Assembly: GCA_038087875.1 (NCBI GenBank)
Contig: CM075981.1
Location: 806,001 to 870,000 of the forward strand
Reading direction: 5' to 3'
DNA from: Malacoraja senta
Taxonomy: Eukaryota
Length of the DNA: 64,000 nt
Shown here: positions 60,880 to 64,000 of the stretch, one piece after another
Numbering within the stretch: position 1 is the stretch's first letter
How the letters are laid out: each line of letters begins with the position of its first letter
The notes under the pieces: model-generated
Databases searched by the model: none
The model's input: only the letters and a program-made list of their open reading frames with translations
What the model was told of the DNA's origin: nothing
Program-made: the position numbers and the translations under genes

Positions 60880-61190
60880 TAGAGTGATACAGCATGAAAA
60901 TAGGCCCTTCGGCCACACTTGCCCACACCAGCCAACATGTCCCAGTTACACTAATCCCAACTGCCCATGTTTGGCCCATATCCCTCCAAACATGTCCTAT
61001 CCATGTACCTGTCAAACTGTTTCTGGAATGTTGGGATAGTCCCAGCCTCAACTATCTCCTCTGGCAACTTGTTCCATACGCCCACCACCCTACATGTGAA
61101 AAAGTTACCCCTCAAATTTCTATTAAATCTTTTCCCCTTCACCTTAATCTTATGTCCTCTGGTCCACGATTCACCTACTCTCGGCAAGAA
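60880..61190 (-). mobile_element. CR1 LINE 3' fragment (second subfamily)
   Basis: GKRFNRNLRGNFFT.RVVGVWNKLPEE. Similar pieces at about 16425-16760, 20640-21000, 42130-42350 and 63640-63965. Confidence 0.82.
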
Positions 61191-61857
61191 ACATCTGAAT
61201 GTTTAAATGTGAAACCGGCAGATCATAATTTCTTCCTGCCTCAAACATTTTGTCCTTACTTCATCCCAAGATATATGTCATTGCTTTAAGTACTTTTTTT
61301 TCACTTCCTGAAATCCTCACATAATTGAAACGGTTTCACAAACGGGACAGCGAGATTGCATGGAATGCCAAAGTTTAACCACGCCATGATCACAAAAAAT
61401 ATCTTGGTCTTAAGATGCTCTTAAAAATGCTCTTTAAAAATATTCTGCTTTTCCTTGCTTCATGTCAAGTTAGATAATTTCACAATTCTTCATATCATAT
61501 TGCACTTGTTTTCCCCCCAATCACCAAACCATCCTTATACTGACACGATATGGCTCAGAACAGGACATGAAGTGCTGGAGTAACTCAGCGGGTTAGGCAG
61601 AATCTGTGGAGAAGGATAAGCGACATTTATGGGTTGGCATCACGCCCAGTAAGTGAAGCAGAAATCAATTAAAAAGTATAGATAATGGATAAGTGTGCTC
61701 GAAATTAAAATGCTTAAAATGGCTTTAATTATTTGGAAAGAAAATTCAAATCAATCTATCAAGAACAGATGCTGCACAAAGCAGAAGGAAACAAGGATGA
61801 TTTGAAACATCGTCAGAGAATTTCCAAACAATTTGCAGACAATCATGAGGTTTTTAA

Positions 61858-61951
61858 GGTCTGATGAAGGGTTTCGAACCGAAACGTTGCCTATTTCCTT
61901 CGCTCCATAGATGCTGTTGCACCCGCTGAGTTTCTCCAGCATTTTTGTGTA
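61858..61951 (+). mobile_element. 94-bp Penelope-derived element with hammerhead ribozyme core
   Basis: CTGATGA..GGTT-TCG-AACC..GAAACGTT; 14-bp direct repeat catgaggtttttaa at 61844-61857 and 61952-61965. Confidence 0.7.
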
Positions 61952-62169
61952 CATGAGGTTTTTAATGCAGTCACTGTCGTAATGTAGGAGGCAAGAGGAC
62001 TGATTTGTGTGCATCAACCTCCCACAAGTACAAAGAGGGGTCGGACACTCAGATTCGATCATCCAGTTCCCATTGTTGGGTATGTTTGATCTTCTGTGAA
62101 CAATATACTTTGCAGATTGTAGAGGTTGGATAATGGAGACTGCATGATTTCCCATCCATACAAGCGAAC

Positions 62170-62440
62170 TTAGTTTAGTTTAGTTTAGAGATACAGCGCG
62201 GAAAGTGGCTCGTCGGTCCACCGAGTCCACGCCGACCAGCGATTCGAGCACACGAGCACTATCCAAACACACACTTGGGAAATTTACAATTATACCAAGC
62301 CAATTAACATATATATGTACATCTTTGGAGTCACGAGGAGAACGTACAAACTCCATACAGACAGCACCCGTAGTCAGGATTGAACCCGGATCTCTGGTGC
62401 TGTAAGGCAGCAACTCTACCGCTGCGCTACCGTGCCGCCC
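62170..62440 (-). mobile_element. HE1-type V-SINE in intron 1 of receptor C
   Basis: Reverse-strand copy ending ctaccgctgcgctaccgtgccgccc. Further copies lie near 4786, 8218, 17410, 18385, 25850, 36600, 49140 and 55910. Confidence 0.8.
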
Positions 62441-62568
62441 AACTGTTGATGTGAACAATCTTATCATTAGGCAAGCCAACCTCTCCCAATCGTCCTTAGT
62501 TCCTCTAAAACCTAATCTGTCTATTATCATGTACAAATATGCAGCCAAGAGCAATTGCAGGCACTTAC

Positions 62569-62608
62569 CCGAGAAGGAGATCATGAAATAAAGAAATTCA
62601 AAGTCCAT
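62569..62608 (-). CDS. Receptor C exon 1, signal peptide MDFEFLYFMISFS
   Basis: ATG, 13 codons, G|GTAAGT donor. Same 40-bp length and phase as the receptor B leader. Confidence 0.85.
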
Positions 62609-62723
62609 AGTTTTCCGTTTTTAAAGCAAATATGATCCCAGTGGAACTTATGATATTGTTCCTATTTTGTATCTTTACACAGCTCTGCTTGAGTTTCGAA
62701 ATTACCATTCGTCACAGTAAGTA

Positions 62724-62731
62724 TATTTATA
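62724..62731 (-). promoter_or_regulatory. Candidate TATA box of receptor C
   Basis: TATAAATA on the minus strand about 115 bp upstream of the ATG. Motif match only. Confidence 0.35.
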
Positions 62732-62774
62732 GCAATGGCACGGGGCTGGTGACAGAATGACTTATAGAAGCTTT

Positions 62775-62916
62775 TGGGGTGGGAGATTGCAACCTTCACG
62801 TGGTCCGCCCTGTTTTGACTAATGCAATCAACCCGACGTGCAAATTCAAATAAGATCAAATTGAACAAGTTGTCCGACAACTTTAGGCTGTGCACGCCAT
62901 ACGCAAGAAGAAGAAG
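62775..62916 (+). mobile_element. ~145-bp interspersed element with (GAA)n tail
   Basis: Same 5' and 3' ends as 22793-22937. Confidence 0.7.
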
Positions 62917-64000
62917 TAGAAGATAGAAGTCTTTATATTTTACTCTCAGCTCATTCTAGCATTGTTGCAAGTTTCAGGATTGGATATTAAGCTGTGGCTG
63001 AGCAAAGATAAATCAGATGTTTGGGATCTGGTGATTAAATTATTTCTCAATGCTGAGAACTATATTCTGCACTCTGTATCTTTACCTTCACTCTCCAATT
63101 ATACTTGACTTTTTGTCTTGATTGCGTATGATCTAAACAGAATTCCAGGACAGATAAGAATTGAAAATCTGCAAAGCAGTGACATGCATTGAATCCCTCT
63201 ACACGTCACACCGCCTCATCAAGGCCACCAGCATTATCAAGGCCGAGCCTCTCCTTCTTCTCCCCTCTCCCATCAGGTAAGAGGTGCAGAAGTTTGAAAA
63301 CGCACACCTGCAGATTCACGGTCAGTTTCTTCCCAGCTGTTATCACCCAACGGAACCATCCTGTTCTGACCTTCCATCCACCTCATTGTAGATCTTTGGA
63401 TTATCTTTAATTGAACTTTACCGGACTTTATCTTGCACTAAACATCCCTTGATCCTGCATCTGTATACTGTGGACGGCTTGATTGTAATCATGTGTAGTC
63501 GTTCCGCTGACTGGATAACATGCAATAGAAATGCTTTTCACTGCACCTTGGTACACATGACAATAAACTAAACTAAACTAAACAATGTGAGCCAAGATTG
63601 TACCTTGGCACACGTTACAATAATAAAGTAAAGTAAAGCACAGATTCTCTTGCCAATAGTAGGAGAATAGAGAACCAGAGGACATAGGTTTAACATGAAA
63701 GGGGAAAAGATTTAATAGGAATCTGAAGGGTCACCTTTTCATGCAAAGGGTGGTGGGTGCATGGAATGAGCTGCCTGAGGAGGTAGTTGAGGCTGGGACT
63801 ATCGCAACGTTTAAGAAACAATAAGACAGGTAGATGGATAGGATGGGTTTAGAGGGTTATGGGGTAAACGCAGGCAGGTGGGACTAGTGTAGATGAGGCA
63901 TGTTACTGTGGGCAAATTGGGCCGAAGGACCTGTTTTCATGCTGTATCACCCTATGATGCTATGAAAATAAAGTAAAGAGTAAAATAAAGTAAAGTAAAC

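Larger units (their letters stand above)
57001..62608 (-). other. Receptor C coding span: activating-type CD300/CMRF35-like receptor with TM arginine
   Basis: Leader, V, 25-bp stalk and TM exons join in frame (phases 1,1,2). Confidence 0.88.

Overview
Eukaryotic, repeat-rich genomic DNA, most likely from a cartilaginous fish (skate/ray). This is inferred from abundant HE1-type V-SINEs with (ACTAA)n tails and HER1/CR1-type LINE 3' fragments. Almost all long ORFs in the supplied track are retroelement debris. Reading splice sites by hand on the minus strand gives three head-to-tail paralogous single-Ig-V-domain type I membrane receptor genes of the CD300/CMRF35/pIgR-like (skate MDIR-type) family, all built as leader / V exon (phase 1-1) / short stalk (1-2) / TM (2-1) / tail. 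Receptor C (ATG 62608) has an Arg in its TM helix and a stop straight after it (activating type). Receptor B (48624-26737) has a neutral TM and a tail with VTYATV, MYDNV and IEYSTI motifs (inhibitory type). Receptor A (ATG 20215) has a neutral TM and no clear ITIM; its stalk and tail exons are less certain. Also present: an intact intronic tRNA-Lys(UUU) gene, short Penelope-derived elements carrying hammerhead-ribozyme cores and 12-16 bp target-site duplications, Harbinger-like MITEs, an L1/Tx1 3' fragment, Deu-like and CORE-like SINEs, a degenerate ~24-bp-core minisatellite upstream of receptor A, and three assembly gaps. Repeat boundaries are approximate; exon boundaries were counted base by base. 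No database searches were run.
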